From contig CAWEUD010000030.1 of assembly GCA_963812115.1 (NCBI GenBank), positions 14,223 to 78,222 of the forward strand: 64,000 nt of DNA, given 5' to 3'. Of the stretch, positions 45,877 through 55,790 are shown one piece after another. The stretch is from an uncultured Chloroflexia bacterium (GTDB lineage: Bacteria; Chloroflexota; Limnocylindria; QHBO01). The position numbers were made by a program, and so were the translations under genes. Below the pieces are notes generated by a model, which ran no database searches, was not told the origin of the DNA, and was given only the letters and a program-made list of their open reading frames with translations. Within the stretch, counting starts at the first letter, position 1, and the number at the start of each line of letters is the position of its first letter.

Positions 45877-46356
45877 GTGGCGGTTGCCCGCGTCCTGGGG
45901 GCCAAGGGCCTGGCTGGCGCATTCCGGGTGGAGCCGCTGACGGACGTCCGCGAACGGCTCTCGGTCGGGCAGGAGCTCTACCTGGAGGGTGAGGCTGCCA
46001 GCCGGAGGGTGACGGCCAGCGAGCCGCGCGGCCGAAGGCCGGTCATCTACCTCGAGGGAATCGGAGATCGAGAGGCTGCCGCGGCCCTGCAGGGACGCTA
46101 CCTCGAGGTCGAGGCGCCGCCGCTGCCGGAGGGTGTGTACTACTGGCACCAGCTGGTGGGGCTGCGGGTCACCGATGAAGCCGGCGCCGAGCTGGGTGAG
46201 GTGGTCGAGGTCTTCCGCGTCGGCGAGAACGAGGTGTACAGGGTCGAGGGTCCCGACGGCGAGATCCTGCTGCCGGCGCTACGCGACGTCGTTCGATCCA
46301 TCGACCCGGCCGCGGGCAGCATGGTCGTCCGCTACGAAGCAGAGGAGGTCCGCTAG
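45877..46356 (+). CDS. rimM: 16S rRNA processing protein RimM
   Basis: VARVLGAKGLAGAFRV...YYWHQLVGLRV...G..LG.V.EVF..G.N.V..V. rpsP-rimM-trmD synteny. Confidence 0.9.
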   Translation: MAVARVLGAKGLAGAFRVEPLTDVRERLSVGQELYLEGEAASRRVTASEPRGRRPVIYLEGIGDREAAAALQGRYLEVEAPPLPEGVYYWHQLVGLRVTDEAGAELGEVVEVFRVGENEVYRVEGPDGEILLPALRDVVRSIDPAAGSMVVRYEAEEVR

Positions 46357-46360
46357 GCCC

Positions 46361-47092
46361 GTGCGGATCGACGTCGTCACCCTCTTCCCAGAGCTCTTCG
46401 ACGTCCCGCTGCGCACGTCGATCATGGGCCGCGCGATGGAACGTGGGCTGCTCGAGGTGGAGGTCCATGACCTTCGCGAGCATGGGATGGGGCGTCACCG
46501 CAGCGTGGACGACTACCCGTACGGTGGGGGAGCGGGGATGGTCATCCGCCCGGAGCCGCTCTACGCGGCGATTCAGCCCCTCAGTGAGCGCGGCGCGGAG
46601 GTCATCCTCCTCGACCCGGCAGGCGAGAAGCTCACCGACCATATGGCACGCGACCTTGCCACACACCCGCACCTCGCGCTCGTCTGCGGTCGCTACGAGG
46701 GCATCGACGAGCGGGCTCGCAACCTGGCGGACCGGGAGGTGAGCATCGGCGACTACGTCCTGACCGGCGGAGAGCTGCCGGCACTCGTGCTGATCGACGC
46801 CGTGGCACGCATGGTGCCGGGCGTGATCGACGAGGCGTCATCGGCATCCGACTCGTTCGCCAACGGGCTCCTGGAGCACCCGCACTACACGCGCCCGGAG
46901 TCCTTCCGTGGCGAGGACGTGCCGGCGGTGCTGCTGTCGGGGCACCACGGCGAGGTCGAGCGCTGGCGGCGGCGCGAGTCGCTGCGGCGCACGCTCGAAC
47001 GTCGCCCGGAGCTGCTCGTGGGGCTGCCCCTGTCGGAGGATGACCTCCGCGCCCTCGACGAGCTGCGGCGCGAGGCCGGCGGGCGGGGGTAG
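46361..47092 (+). CDS. trmD: tRNA (guanine37-N1)-methyltransferase
   Basis: RIDVVTLFPE.F......SI.GRA...G......HDLR......HR.VDD.PYGGGAGMV...CGRYEG.DER...SIGDYVLTGGE. GTG 46361. Confidence 0.95.
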   Translation: MRIDVVTLFPELFDVPLRTSIMGRAMERGLLEVEVHDLREHGMGRHRSVDDYPYGGGAGMVIRPEPLYAAIQPLSERGAEVILLDPAGEKLTDHMARDLATHPHLALVCGRYEGIDERARNLADREVSIGDYVLTGGELPALVLIDAVARMVPGVIDEASSASDSFANGLLEHPHYTRPESFRGEDVPAVLLSGHHGEVERWRRRESLRRTLERRPELLVGLPLSEDDLRALDELRREAGGRG

Positions 47093-47099
47093 GATCGGC

Positions 47100-47129
47100 T
47101 TGTCGGTCCTCGCCGCTCGCTGCTATACT
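47100..47129 (+). promoter_or_regulatory. Candidate promoter of rplS (TTGTCG-N18-TGcTATACT, extended -10)
   Basis: Hexamers at 47100-47105 and 47124-47129, with TG at 47121-47122. Confidence 0.45.
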
Positions 47130-47137
47130 CCGCCGGT

Positions 47138-47166
47138 CGCGACCGACCCGATCGGTCGCGTTCTTC
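47138..47166 (+). promoter_or_regulatory. rplS leader hairpin followed by TTCTTC (possible attenuator or L19 operator)
   Basis: Perfect 9-bp stem CGCGACCGA/TCGGTCGCG (47138-47146/47152-47160) with a 5-nt loop, then TTCTTC. Lies about 10 nt after the -10 box and 85 nt before rplS. Confidence 0.4.
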
Positions 47167-47250
47167 ACGCCCGACGGGTTCGCACTGCCCGCGGCGCCCG
47201 CAAGACGAGATAAGCCGCGGCTAAGCCCGCGATAACGAGGTCGCCCCATC

Positions 47251-47592
47251 ATGGACGCCATCAAGGAGCTCGAGCGCGAGCAGCTCCGCACCGACATCCC
47301 GGAGATCGCCCCGGGCGATACCGTCCGCGTCTCGGTCAAGGTCGTCGAGGGCACCCGCGAGCGGATCCAGGTCTTCGAGGGCGCGGTCATGCGCATGCGC
47401 GGCGGTGGCCTCAACCGGCAGATCACCGTGCGGCGGATTGCCAGCGGCGTCGGCGTCGAGCGGACCTTCATGGTCCATGCCCCGCGTGTCGAGAAGATCG
47501 AGGTGGTCCGCCACGGCGTTACTCGTCGCGCACAGCTCTACTTCCTCCGCGGGCGGGTCGGCAAGTCGGCCACGTTGCGCGAGCGCCGCTGA
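47251..47592 (+). CDS. rplS: 50S ribosomal protein L19
   Basis: ...[31 protein letters not shown]...[15 protein letters not shown]....IEV...G.VRRA.LY.LR. Confidence 0.95.
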   Translation: MDAIKELEREQLRTDIPEIAPGDTVRVSVKVVEGTRERIQVFEGAVMRMRGGGLNRQITVRRIASGVGVERTFMVHAPRVEKIEVVRHGVTRRAQLYFLRGRVGKSATLRERR

Positions 47593-47674
47593 CGCGGTGG
47601 CCGGTCTCTTCTCGGGATCGGTCCAACCGCGGCGTCCCAGGCGCCGCACCACGCGTGCGCCACGAGCAGCGGGC

Positions 47675-48340
47675 ATGCGTCACGAGCGCGAGCTGCGGGC
47701 CGCGGGGTTCCGGCACATCGCTGGACTCGATGAAGTGGGGCGAGGATCGCTCGCCGGCCCGGTGGTCGCCGCCGCGGTCATCCTGCCCGAGAACCACCGG
47801 ATCACGGGGCTGCGCGACAGCAAGATCCTGAGCCGCCTGCGTCGCGAGGCGCTCTACGAGCGCATCCTCGACCGGGCAGTGGCCGTTGGCGTTGGGTGCG
47901 TCGAGGTCGAGGTGATCGACCGCATCAACATCCTGCAGGCGACGAAGCTTGCCATGACGCAGGCGCTGCAGCGGCTCACCCAGGCGCCGGATCACCTGGT
48001 CATCGATGCGCTGTCGCTGCGCGACGTCGATGTGCCGCAGCGCCCGATTATCGATGGCGACGCGATCAGTGCCTCCATTGCTGCCGCCAGCATCGTTGCC
48101 AAGGTGACCCGCGACCGGATCTGCACCGAGCTCGACCGCCGGTTTCCGGCGTACGGCTTCGCGCGCAACAAGGGCTACGGCACCCGTCGGCATCTCGATG
48201 CCCTGGTGAACGAAGGCCCCTGCGAATGGCACCGGCGGACCTTCGCCCCCATCCGCCTGCTGCTCGCCGGGGAGCAGCTGAGCCTGGACCTGCTGGACGG
48301 GCCGGTGCCGACCGAAGACGAGCTCGACCCCGAGGACTAG
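47675..48340 (+). CDS. rnhB: Ribonuclease HII
   Basis: IAGLDEVGRGSLAGPVVAAAV...DSK.L...RE.L...I......A...A......A.......DG.....I.AASI.AKV.RD. I chose ATG 47675. Confidence 0.93.
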   Translation: MRHERELRAAGFRHIAGLDEVGRGSLAGPVVAAAVILPENHRITGLRDSKILSRLRREALYERILDRAVAVGVGCVEVEVIDRINILQATKLAMTQALQRLTQAPDHLVIDALSLRDVDVPQRPIIDGDAISASIAAASIVAKVTRDRICTELDRRFPAYGFARNKGYGTRRHLDALVNEGPCEWHRRTFAPIRLLLAGEQLSLDLLDGPVPTEDELDPED

Positions 48341-48372
48341 CGCCCGGCCCCCACCTCGCCTCCCGACGAGGG

Positions 48373-48744
48373 ATGACGATGCCCGATCCGCGCCACCAGC
48401 TCGGCCTCCGAGGCGAGCGCAGGGCGGCTGCCTGGCTTTCGGCTCGGGGCTGGACGGTTCTCGAGCGGCGTTGGCGCGGCGAAGGCGGCGAGCTGGACCT
48501 GGTCTGCCTCGATCCAGGCGGGGTGCTCGTCGCGGTCGAGGTCAAGGTCCGTTCCACCGGCCGCTCGGGATCGGCGGAAGAGAGCCTCGACGCGCGGCGC
48601 GTGGGCCGGCTCCGCAGGACGCTGGCCGGCTACGCGGCGGAACGAAGGCTGCGAGTGGCCATCCTGCGCATCGACGCCGTGACGCTGACGCGCGAGGGAC
48701 GGGCATGGCGCCTCGCTCACCATCCCGCGGTGGACGGCTGGTGA
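48373..48744 (+). CDS. yraN: YraN family (UPF0102) putative endonuclease
   Basis: GLRGERRAAAWLSARGWTVLERRWRGEGGELDLVC....VLVAVEVK.R. Conserved position after rnhB. Confidence 0.85.
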   Translation: MTMPDPRHQLGLRGERRAAAWLSARGWTVLERRWRGEGGELDLVCLDPGGVLVAVEVKVRSTGRSGSAEESLDARRVGRLRRTLAGYAAERRLRVAILRIDAVTLTREGRAWRLAHHPAVDGW

Positions 48745-48755
48745 GCGGCAGGCGC

Positions 48756-49835
48756 TCAGTGGGCGAAGATGCGCTCCAGCTCGCTGATCGATGCCACATA
48801 GGGACGGGTGACCGGGAAGATGCCGTGTCGATCAACCGCCGTCTGGCCCTGGTAGTAGGCGGCCAGCGCCAGAGATCGGTCGCCGTCGTACCGGTCGAGG
48901 TAGTGCCGCAGCAGTGCCACGCCAGCCTGGACGTTCGAGCCGGCATCCCACAGGTTCACGCCGTGGCCCAGCATGCTGGTGGCGACCCACTCGGCCGTGG
49001 AGGGCAGGAGCTGCATCACGCCGATCGCGCCGGCTGATGACACGACACCCGGCTGCCAGCCCGACTCCTGCCAGGCGACGGCGAGCGCAAAGGCGGCCGG
49101 TACTCCCTGGCGATCGGCCTCCGCGGTGATGAGGCTCGCGATGCCCTGCCGCCGGCCGACGAGGGCGGCCATTGACGACGGCATCGCCCTGCTGGGTGCG
49201 GGAACCTGGGCACCGGAACCTCCCGCCGCGCCCGGGATGGCCAGGACCTGGCCAGCGCGGATGAAGGAAGCGTCGCCGATCCCGTTGGCGCGGGCGATGG
49301 CTGCGACGGAGGTTCGATAGCGGACCGCAATGCCCCACAGCGTCTCGCCGGCGGCCACGCGATGGCTCGCGGTCACGCCTGCTGCACCGGCCCCGGGCTC
49401 CGACGGGGGCGTGCCGTCCGGGATTGCGAGCACCTGGCCGGCGCGGATGAAGGAAGCGTCGCCGATCCCGTTGGCACGGACGATGGCTGCGACGGAGCTG
49501 CCGTACCTGATGGCGATGGCCGACAGCGTCTCACCCTCCGCCACCACGTGGTTGAGGGCCGCCTCCGGAGCCTGGGGCTCGACCGGCTGGCTACGGATCA
49601 CGAGGTGTTGGCCGACGAAGATCCGATCCGGATCGCTGATCCCGTTCATCTCCGCCAGGGCGCCCACGCTCAACCCTTCCTCCAACGCGATCTGGCTGAG
49701 GGTCTGCCCGGCCGCGACCGTCACAACGCGGTCGGTGGCGGCGGCGCGCCCACCGAGGAGCGGTAGCGTCGCGGCGGCCAACGTGAGCACCGCGGTGCCT
49801 GCGGCCAGCAGCAGGTGTGATCGTCGTGTGCGCAT
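48756..49835 (-). CDS. Secreted peptidoglycan lytic transglycosylase with three LysM domains
   Basis: Signal peptide. Three LysM modules (..V.AGQTLSQIA..., ..EGETLSAIAIRYG..., ..AGETLWGIAVRY...). C-terminal SLT motif AWQESGW...GVMQL...YYQG. Confidence 0.85.
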   Translation of the reverse strand: MRTRRSHLLLAAGTAVLTLAAATLPLLGGRAAATDRVVTVAAGQTLSQIALEEGLSVGALAEMNGISDPDRIFVGQHLVIRSQPVEPQAPEAALNHVVAEGETLSAIAIRYGSSVAAIVRANGIGDASFIRAGQVLAIPDGTPPSEPGAGAAGVTASHRVAAGETLWGIAVRYRTSVAAIARANGIGDASFIRAGQVLAIPGAAGGSGAQVPAPSRAMPSSMAALVGRRQGIASLITAEADRQGVPAAFALAVAWQESGWQPGVVSSAGAIGVMQLLPSTAEWVATSMLGHGVNLWDAGSNVQAGVALLRHYLDRYDGDRSLALAAYYQGQTAVDRHGIFPVTRPYVASISELERIFAH

Positions 49836-50018
49836 GGATCTGATGTCTCCGTCTCCCGGATGTGGCTAGCGGTCGTTCAGCGTCCGCCAGCTGGGGTCGC
49901 GACGGACGGGCCGATGCTAGGGTGCCGAACGGGGTGGTCAAGGTACGAGCGGGGTCGCGCGGAGTACTTCGGTACTGTTGTGTGGGGAGGGGCCCGATCG
50001 GGGATCGACGTTCCGGTC

Positions 50019-50027
50019 TGCTATACT
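50019..50027 (+). promoter_or_regulatory. Candidate extended -10 element of the rpsB-tsf promoter (TGcTATACT)
   Basis: TG at 50019-50020 and TATACT at 50022-50027, 158 nt upstream of rpsB. No convincing -35. Confidence 0.4.
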
Positions 50028-50184
50028 CGCGCTCGGCCGGCGGCCCTCACGGCGCCGCGCTTGGCCGGATCATTCCCATCACACACGTTCGCTGATCTCG
50101 CGGTCGATGGTGCCCTCAAGCCGCTCCGGCAGAGGGTCGACCCGCGGGAGCTGATGCGAGCGGAGGAACAACCGGAGGTACTCC

Positions 50185-51111
50185 TTGGCTGCCACGACCA
50201 TGAAGCAGCTTCTCGAGGCGGGCGTCCACTTCGGACACCAGACCCGCCGTTGGAACCCAAAGATGCGCCCCTTCATCTTCGGCGAGCGCAACGGGATCCA
50301 TATCATCGACCTTGCCCAGACCGTCGGACGGCTGGACGCCGCCATTGACTTCGTGCGCGACACCGTCCAGCGCGGCGACAGCATCCTCTTCGTCGGCACC
50401 AAGAAGCAGGCGCAGGAGTCGATCTCGTCCGAGTCGCAGCGTTCGAACCAGCACTACGTCAACAACCGCTGGCTGGGCGGCATGCTGACCAACTTCACGA
50501 CGATGAAGCGCCGGATCCAGCGCCTGGATGCCCTGGAAGCTCGGCGTGACTCCGGCGAGTTCGAGCGGCTCACCAAGAAGGAAGCGAGCAAGCTGAACGA
50601 GGAGATCGCGAAGCTGAATGGCGCCCTGGGCGGGATCCGCCGCATGCGGAGGCTCCCCGGTGCCCTCTTCATTGTCGATCCGCACCGTGAGGCGATCGCC
50701 GTGGCCGAGGCTCGCCGCCTCGAGATCCCGATCGTCGCGATGACCGACACGAACTGCGACCCTGACCTCATCGACTGGGTCATTCCCGCGAACGATGACG
50801 CCATCCGGTCCGTACGGCTGATCGCGCAGAAGGTGGCCGACGCGGCGCTCGAGGCGCAGCAGCAGCGGCAGGCCAAGCTGGACGAGGAGTTCGAGCAGGC
50901 CGAGACGCTACCACCGGTCGACGAGAGCCAGCTCGCCGGCGAATCCGACTACAGCGCCGCGCTCGCAGCCGGCGAGGCACTCGTCTTCGAGCCAGAGCCG
51001 GAAGAGGACGAAGAGGAGGAGCGCCGAGCCCGTGCCCGGCGCGCCGCCGAGGAGAGCGAGGACGACGAAGTCAACGAGGTGCCCGCCCCGGAGGCGGCAC
51101 CGAACCGCTAA
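50185..51111 (+). CDS. rpsB: 30S ribosomal protein S2 with acidic C-terminal extension
   Basis: TTG 50185 lies 6 nt after [32 protein letters not shown]... Confidence 0.95.
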   Translation: MAATTMKQLLEAGVHFGHQTRRWNPKMRPFIFGERNGIHIIDLAQTVGRLDAAIDFVRDTVQRGDSILFVGTKKQAQESISSESQRSNQHYVNNRWLGGMLTNFTTMKRRIQRLDALEARRDSGEFERLTKKEASKLNEEIAKLNGALGGIRRMRRLPGALFIVDPHREAIAVAEARRLEIPIVAMTDTNCDPDLIDWVIPANDDAIRSVRLIAQKVADAALEAQQQRQAKLDEEFEQAETLPPVDESQLAGESDYSAALAAGEALVFEPEPEEDEEEERRARARRAAEESEDDEVNEVPAPEAAPNR

Positions 51112-51123
51112 GAAGGAAGACCC

Positions 51124-51753
51124 GTGACCACGACCATCAAGCCCGAGGACGTCAAGCGCCTGCGTGAACTGACCGGCGCCGGCGTCATGGACTGCAAGCG
51201 TGCCCTGGAGCAGAGCGATGGCGACGTCGAGCACGCCACCGCCTGGCTCCGCGAGAAGGGCCTGTCCACCGCTGCCAAGAAGGCCGGCCGGGAGGCTCGC
51301 GAGGGCGTCATCACCTCCTACATCCACCAGGGCGCCCGCCTGGGCGTGCTGCTGGAGCTGAACTGCGAGACCGACTTCGTGGCCCGCACCGACGACTTCC
51401 AGCAGCTTGCACGCGAACTCGCCATGCAGGTCGCCGGGCTGGCGCCGATCTACGTCGCGCGCGAGGAGATCCCGGCGGCGGTCCTGGAGGAGCAGCAGCG
51501 CGCCTTCGCGAAGGAGGCGGAGGACGAGGGGCGTCCGGCGGACCGCATCCCGATGATCGTCGAGGGCAAGGTCAACAAGTGGGCGGAATCGGTCTGCCTG
51601 CTCGAGATGCCCTATCGCGACACCGACAAGAAGGTTTCCGACCTCATCACCGAGAAGGTCGCCCTGCTGGGCGAGAACATCCGGGTTGCACGCTTCGCGC
51701 GCATGGCGGTCGGCGAGTCGACCGAAGGGCAGGGTGACGAGGGAGCGGCGTAG
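51124..51753 (+). CDS. tsf: Elongation factor Ts (short form)
   Basis: VKRLRELTGAGVMDCKRALE...A..WLREKG UBA-like N-terminus. LELNCETDFVAR. Confidence 0.93.
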   Translation: MTTTIKPEDVKRLRELTGAGVMDCKRALEQSDGDVEHATAWLREKGLSTAAKKAGREAREGVITSYIHQGARLGVLLELNCETDFVARTDDFQQLARELAMQVAGLAPIYVAREEIPAAVLEEQQRAFAKEAEDEGRPADRIPMIVEGKVNKWAESVCLLEMPYRDTDKKVSDLITEKVALLGENIRVARFARMAVGESTEGQGDEGAA

Positions 51754-52488
51754 GTGACCGCCTCGCCGCGGCCACGCTATCGGCGCGTGCTGCTCAAGCT
51801 CTCCGGCGAGTCGCTGATGGGGCAGCTCCAGTACGGGATCGACCCGGAGGTCGCGCGAGATATTGCCGCGCAGATCACGGCGGCACGCGAGGGCGGCGTC
51901 GAGATCGCCATCGTGGTGGGTGGCGGCAACATCTTCCGCGGCCTTTCGGCGGCGGCGAAGGGGATGGACCGGGCGACCGGCGACTACATGGGGATGCTCG
52001 CGACGGTGATGAACGGCCTCGCCATCCAGGATGCGCTGGAGCAGGCGGGGACGGCGACACGGGTGCTGTCGGCGATCGCCATGCCCGAGATCTGCGAGCC
52101 GTACATCCGCCGACGCGCGATGCGCCACCTGGAGAAGGGACGGGTCGTCGTCATGGTCGCCGGGACCGGCAACCCGTACTTCACCACCGACACGGCGGCC
52201 ACCCTCCGTGCCGTCGAGGTCGGGGCGGAAGTCATCCTGAAGGCCACCCGGGTGGACGGGGTGTACGATGCCGACCCAGAGAAGGAGCCCGGGGCGACCC
52301 GCTACACGCGCATCAGCTACGGCGACCTGCTGACGAACCGGTTGGGCGCCCTCGACGCAACCGCGGTGAGCCTGGCCATGGATAACGAGATGCCGATCGT
52401 GGTGTTCGACATGACCCAGTCGGGGAACATCGTCCGCGCGGTGCAGGGCGAGGAGATCGGTACGCTGATCGCCGGGGAGGTGAGCTGA
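51754..52488 (+). CDS. pyrH: UMP kinase
   Basis: [12 protein letters not shown]......GID......IA..I.......[15 protein letters not shown]. ...[16 protein letters not shown]. Confidence 0.95.
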   Translation: MTASPRPRYRRVLLKLSGESLMGQLQYGIDPEVARDIAAQITAAREGGVEIAIVVGGGNIFRGLSAAAKGMDRATGDYMGMLATVMNGLAIQDALEQAGTATRVLSAIAMPEICEPYIRRRAMRHLEKGRVVVMVAGTGNPYFTTDTAATLRAVEVGAEVILKATRVDGVYDADPEKEPGATRYTRISYGDLLTNRLGALDATAVSLAMDNEMPIVVFDMTQSGNIVRAVQGEEIGTLIAGEVS

Positions 52489-52489
52489 G

Positions 52490-53047
52490 ATGGTCCACGA
52501 GGCGCTGGTCGAGATCGAGCCGAGGATGGAGCGTGCCGTGGAGGCCATGGAGCGCGACTTTGGCGGCGTGCGCACTGGCCGGGCATCGACCGCGCTGGTG
52601 GAGCGCATCTCGGTCGACTACTACGGCACCTCGACGCCGCTCAACCAGATCGCCGGCATCTCCACGCCGGACGCGCACCTGATCGTCATCCAGCCGTGGG
52701 ATCGGTCCGTCCTGTCGGCCATCGAGAAGGCGATCACCCGCAGCGACATCGGCCTCATGCCCAACGTCGACGGGACCGTCGTCCGGCTCAACGTGCCGCC
52801 GCTGACCGAGGAGCGCCGGCGCGACATGGTGAAGCAGGTGCGCCGGCGGGCCGAGGAAGCTCGCATCGAGATCCGCAACCATCGCCGCGACGCGGTCGAC
52901 GCCCTGAAGAAGGCTGCGCGCGAGGGGGATCTCTCGGAGGACGAGGAGCGCCGGGAGCTGGACTCCCTCCAGCGGCTGACCGACCGCTACGTGGAGGCCG
53001 TCGACGGCCGCGCGCAGCGGAAGGAAGAAGAAGTGATGGAGGTCTAG
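52490..53047 (+). CDS. frr: Ribosome recycling factor
   Basis: ...RTGRAS.ALVE.I.VDYYG..TPLNQ.A.IS.PDA....IQPWD......IEKAI..SD.G..P..DG...R...P.LTEERR. Confidence 0.95.
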   Translation: MVHEALVEIEPRMERAVEAMERDFGGVRTGRASTALVERISVDYYGTSTPLNQIAGISTPDAHLIVIQPWDRSVLSAIEKAITRSDIGLMPNVDGTVVRLNVPPLTEERRRDMVKQVRRRAEEARIEIRNHRRDAVDALKKAAREGDLSEDEERRELDSLQRLTDRYVEAVDGRAQRKEEEVMEV

Positions 53048-53048
53048 G

Positions 53049-53741
53049 CTGCCCTCGGCTGCCACTCCCCGGCACGTCGCGATCATCTGCGATGGCAACC
53101 GCCGGTGGGCCCGATCGCGCGGCCTGCCGGTGATCGCCGGCCACGTCCAGGGCGTGGAGGCCATCCGGCCCGTCGTGCGGCGGGCCCGCGATCGTGGCGT
53201 CGAAACGCTCTCTGTCTACACCTTCTCGACCGAGAACTGGAGCCGCCCCGATGACGAGGTGACGGGCCTCTTCGGCCTCATCGATGGTGCCGTCCGCCAG
53301 CACACCGACGAGCTGATCGCCGAGGGCGTGCGGGTCAACGTCATCGGCCGCCTGCACGAGGCGCCCAGCGACATCCAGCGTTCCATCCGCGCCGCCGAGG
53401 AACGGACGCGCGGCGGCGATCGATTGACGCTCAACATCTGCTTCAACTACTCCGGCCGGGCGGAGATCGTCGATGCCGTGCGCCAGCTCATGGCGAGCGG
53501 CGTGAACCCCGCAGAGGTCGACGAGGCGCACATCGCCCAGCACCTCTACACCGCCGACCAGGCGGACGTCGATCTCCTGATCCGCACCGGCGGCGACCTG
53601 CGCACGAGCAACTTCCTGATCTGGCAGGCGACGTACGCCGAGCTCGTCTTCTCCGACAAGTTCTGGCCCGACTACACGGCCGGCGACTTCGATCTGGCCC
53701 TCGACGACTTCGCCGGCCGCGAGCGGCGCTTCGGGAGCTGA
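53049..53741 (+). CDS. uppS: Undecaprenyl (isoprenyl) diphosphate synthase; probable CTG start
   Basis: The conserved PRHVAIICDGNRRWARSRGLP lies upstream of the track start GTG 53130. The only near-cognate start in the open frame is CTG 53049, 6 nt after GGAGG (53038-53042). ...FSTENW.RP..EV..L... Confidence 0.88.
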   Translation: MPSAATPRHVAIICDGNRRWARSRGLPVIAGHVQGVEAIRPVVRRARDRGVETLSVYTFSTENWSRPDDEVTGLFGLIDGAVRQHTDELIAEGVRVNVIGRLHEAPSDIQRSIRAAEERTRGGDRLTLNICFNYSGRAEIVDAVRQLMASGVNPAEVDEAHIAQHLYTADQADVDLLIRTGGDLRTSNFLIWQATYAELVFSDKFWPDYTAGDFDLALDDFAGRERRFGS

Positions 53742-53745
53742 AGGC

Positions 53746-54645
53746 ATGCTTCGGACTCGAGTCCTGACCGCCGCCGTCCTGGCGCCGATCGTCCTGGCGG
53801 CGGTGCTGATCGGCGACCCGTGGCTCTCGCTGCTCATGGGCCTGGTCGCCTTCCTGGCACTGGTGGAGCTGATCGGCCTGCTCGACGCGGGCGGCTTCGA
53901 GCCCCCGCAGGTGCTGACCCTCGCCGCCGGCATAGCGGTGGCCGGTGCGACGCTGGCTGCGGCCAACCAGTCGATGGTCGGCGGCCTGCTGCTCGACGTC
54001 CTGAGAGCCGTCGAGCGCCCGGGATTGCCACTCATTGCACTGGTGCTCGCGGTCGTGATCCTCGCCCTGGCGAGCTTCACGCGGCCGGACCCGCGGGCCG
54101 GCTTCCTCACCTGGGCGACCGCGAGCTTCGGCGTCGCCTACGTCGGGCTGCTCACGCCGTTCGTCGTGGTGGTCGCCCACCTGGCGCCCGTCGACGGGTC
54201 GGCGGCGACGCAGGTCGGTGCGCTGGCCATCGGCTCCGGGTCCGCGTGGGCCCTCCTGCTGATCGCCGTGGTCTGGGGCTACGACTCCGGGGCCTACCTG
54301 ACCGGCCGCTGGATCGGCCGGCGGCGGCTGATCGACCACATCAGCCCGTCAAAGACCGTCGAGGGGCTGCTCGGAGGGCTCGTGGCAGCCACGCTGGCGG
54401 CGGGCCTTGGCGCCTGGCTCGTGGGCCTGGAGGCGTGGCATCCGCTCATCATCGGTCCACTGGTTGGACTCGCCGCACAGGCAGGCGATCTGGCTGAATC
54501 GTTGCTGAAGCGGGCCGCCGGCCGCAAGGAATCGGGATTCCTCATCCCCGGTCACGGCGGCATGCTCGACCGCATCGACTCCTTCCTGTTCGCGGCTCCG
54601 GTGCTCGCCGCCTACGCCATGCTGGTCGCCGGCCGCGTCACATGA
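53746..54645 (+). CDS. cdsA: Phosphatidate cytidylyltransferase
   Basis: Polytopic membrane protein. SPSKTVEG..GG........ and ...IPGHGG.LDR.DS... signature. Confidence 0.9.
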   Translation: MLRTRVLTAAVLAPIVLAAVLIGDPWLSLLMGLVAFLALVELIGLLDAGGFEPPQVLTLAAGIAVAGATLAAANQSMVGGLLLDVLRAVERPGLPLIALVLAVVILALASFTRPDPRAGFLTWATASFGVAYVGLLTPFVVVVAHLAPVDGSAATQVGALAIGSGSAWALLLIAVVWGYDSGAYLTGRWIGRRRLIDHISPSKTVEGLLGGLVAATLAAGLGAWLVGLEAWHPLIIGPLVGLAAQAGDLAESLLKRAAGRKESGFLIPGHGGMLDRIDSFLFAAPVLAAYAMLVAGRVT

Positions 54646-55790
54646 CGGGTGTCGCGCTGCTGGGCTCGACCGGCTCCATCGGCAGGCAGACGATGGAGGT
54701 CCTATCGCGCCTGCCCGATCGCTTCGAACTGCGAGCGCTGGCGGCCGGCCGCGACACCGCTGCCTTCGGCGCGCAGCTTGCCGCCCATCCTGGGGCCCTG
54801 GCCTGGTGCGCCGAGGGTCGGCCGGACGGACTCGAATCAGGGCGCTGGGCAGCCGGTGGATTGGAGGAGCTGGCGACCACCGAAGGCGTCGACCTGGTGG
54901 TGGTGGCCACGACCGGGATGACCGCGCTGCCGGCGGTCCTGGCCGCCATCGGCGCCGGTCGGCCCGTGGCGCTGGCGAACAAGGAGACGCTGGTGACCGG
55001 CGGGCACCTGGTGGTGGATGCCCTGCAGCGCGCCGGGGGCGACCCGCTCGCGAGGCTTCGGCCGGTCGACTCGGAGCACTCCGCCATCTGGCAGTGCCTG
55101 CTCGGGGAACCCCGTGACGCGGTGGAGCGTCTCATCCTCACCGCATCGGGCGGCCCATTCCGCGATCGCTCCCCCGGGGACTTGGCTCGCGTCACCCCGG
55201 CCGACGCGCTCGCGCACCCGACGTGGCAGATGGGACCGAAGATCACCGTCGACTCGGCAACGCTCGTCAACAAGGCGTTCGAGGTCATCGAGGCCAGGTG
55301 GCTGTACCGCCTGCCGTACAGTAGGATTGAAGCCGTCATCCATCCGCGGAGCATCGTCCACTCGATGGTGGAATTCACCGATGGCTCCTTCAAGGCCCAG
55401 CTTGGGACCCCTGACATGCGTCTCCCAATCCAGTACGCCCTGACGTATCCCGATCGCCTGCCCTCGCCCGCCCGGCGCTCCGCTCCCGAGGCATGGGGAC
55501 CGCTCGAGCTCCTGCCCCTACAGCCGGAGCGCTACCCGGCGTACCGGATCGTCCGCGATGCCGCCGATGCAGGGGGCAACCGGGGTACCGTGCTGAACGC
55601 CGCTGATGAGGTCGCCGTGGCGGCCTTCCTCGCAGAGTCCATCACCTACGGTGCCATCCCGGGCGTGATCGAGCGCTCGATCGAGCGATGGGGGAGCGCG
55701 GAAGAACCCTCGCTCTCGACGATCCGTGAACTCGACGCCGAGGTGCGCACGACGTTGCAGCACGAGCTGGGCATGGGAACGGCCGCCTGA
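54642..55790 (+). CDS. dxr: 1-deoxy-D-xylulose 5-phosphate reductoisomerase
   Basis: LLGSTGSIGRQT..V, LANKE.LV, PVDSEHSAI.QC, HP.W.MG.KIT.DSAT..NK motifs. Confidence 0.95.
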   Translation: MTGVALLGSTGSIGRQTMEVLSRLPDRFELRALAAGRDTAAFGAQLAAHPGALAWCAEGRPDGLESGRWAAGGLEELATTEGVDLVVVATTGMTALPAVLAAIGAGRPVALANKETLVTGGHLVVDALQRAGGDPLARLRPVDSEHSAIWQCLLGEPRDAVERLILTASGGPFRDRSPGDLARVTPADALAHPTWQMGPKITVDSATLVNKAFEVIEARWLYRLPYSRIEAVIHPRSIVHSMVEFTDGSFKAQLGTPDMRLPIQYALTYPDRLPSPARRSAPEAWGPLELLPLQPERYPAYRIVRDAADAGGNRGTVLNAADEVAVAAFLAESITYGAIPGVIERSIERWGSAEEPSLSTIRELDAEVRTTLQHELGMGTAA

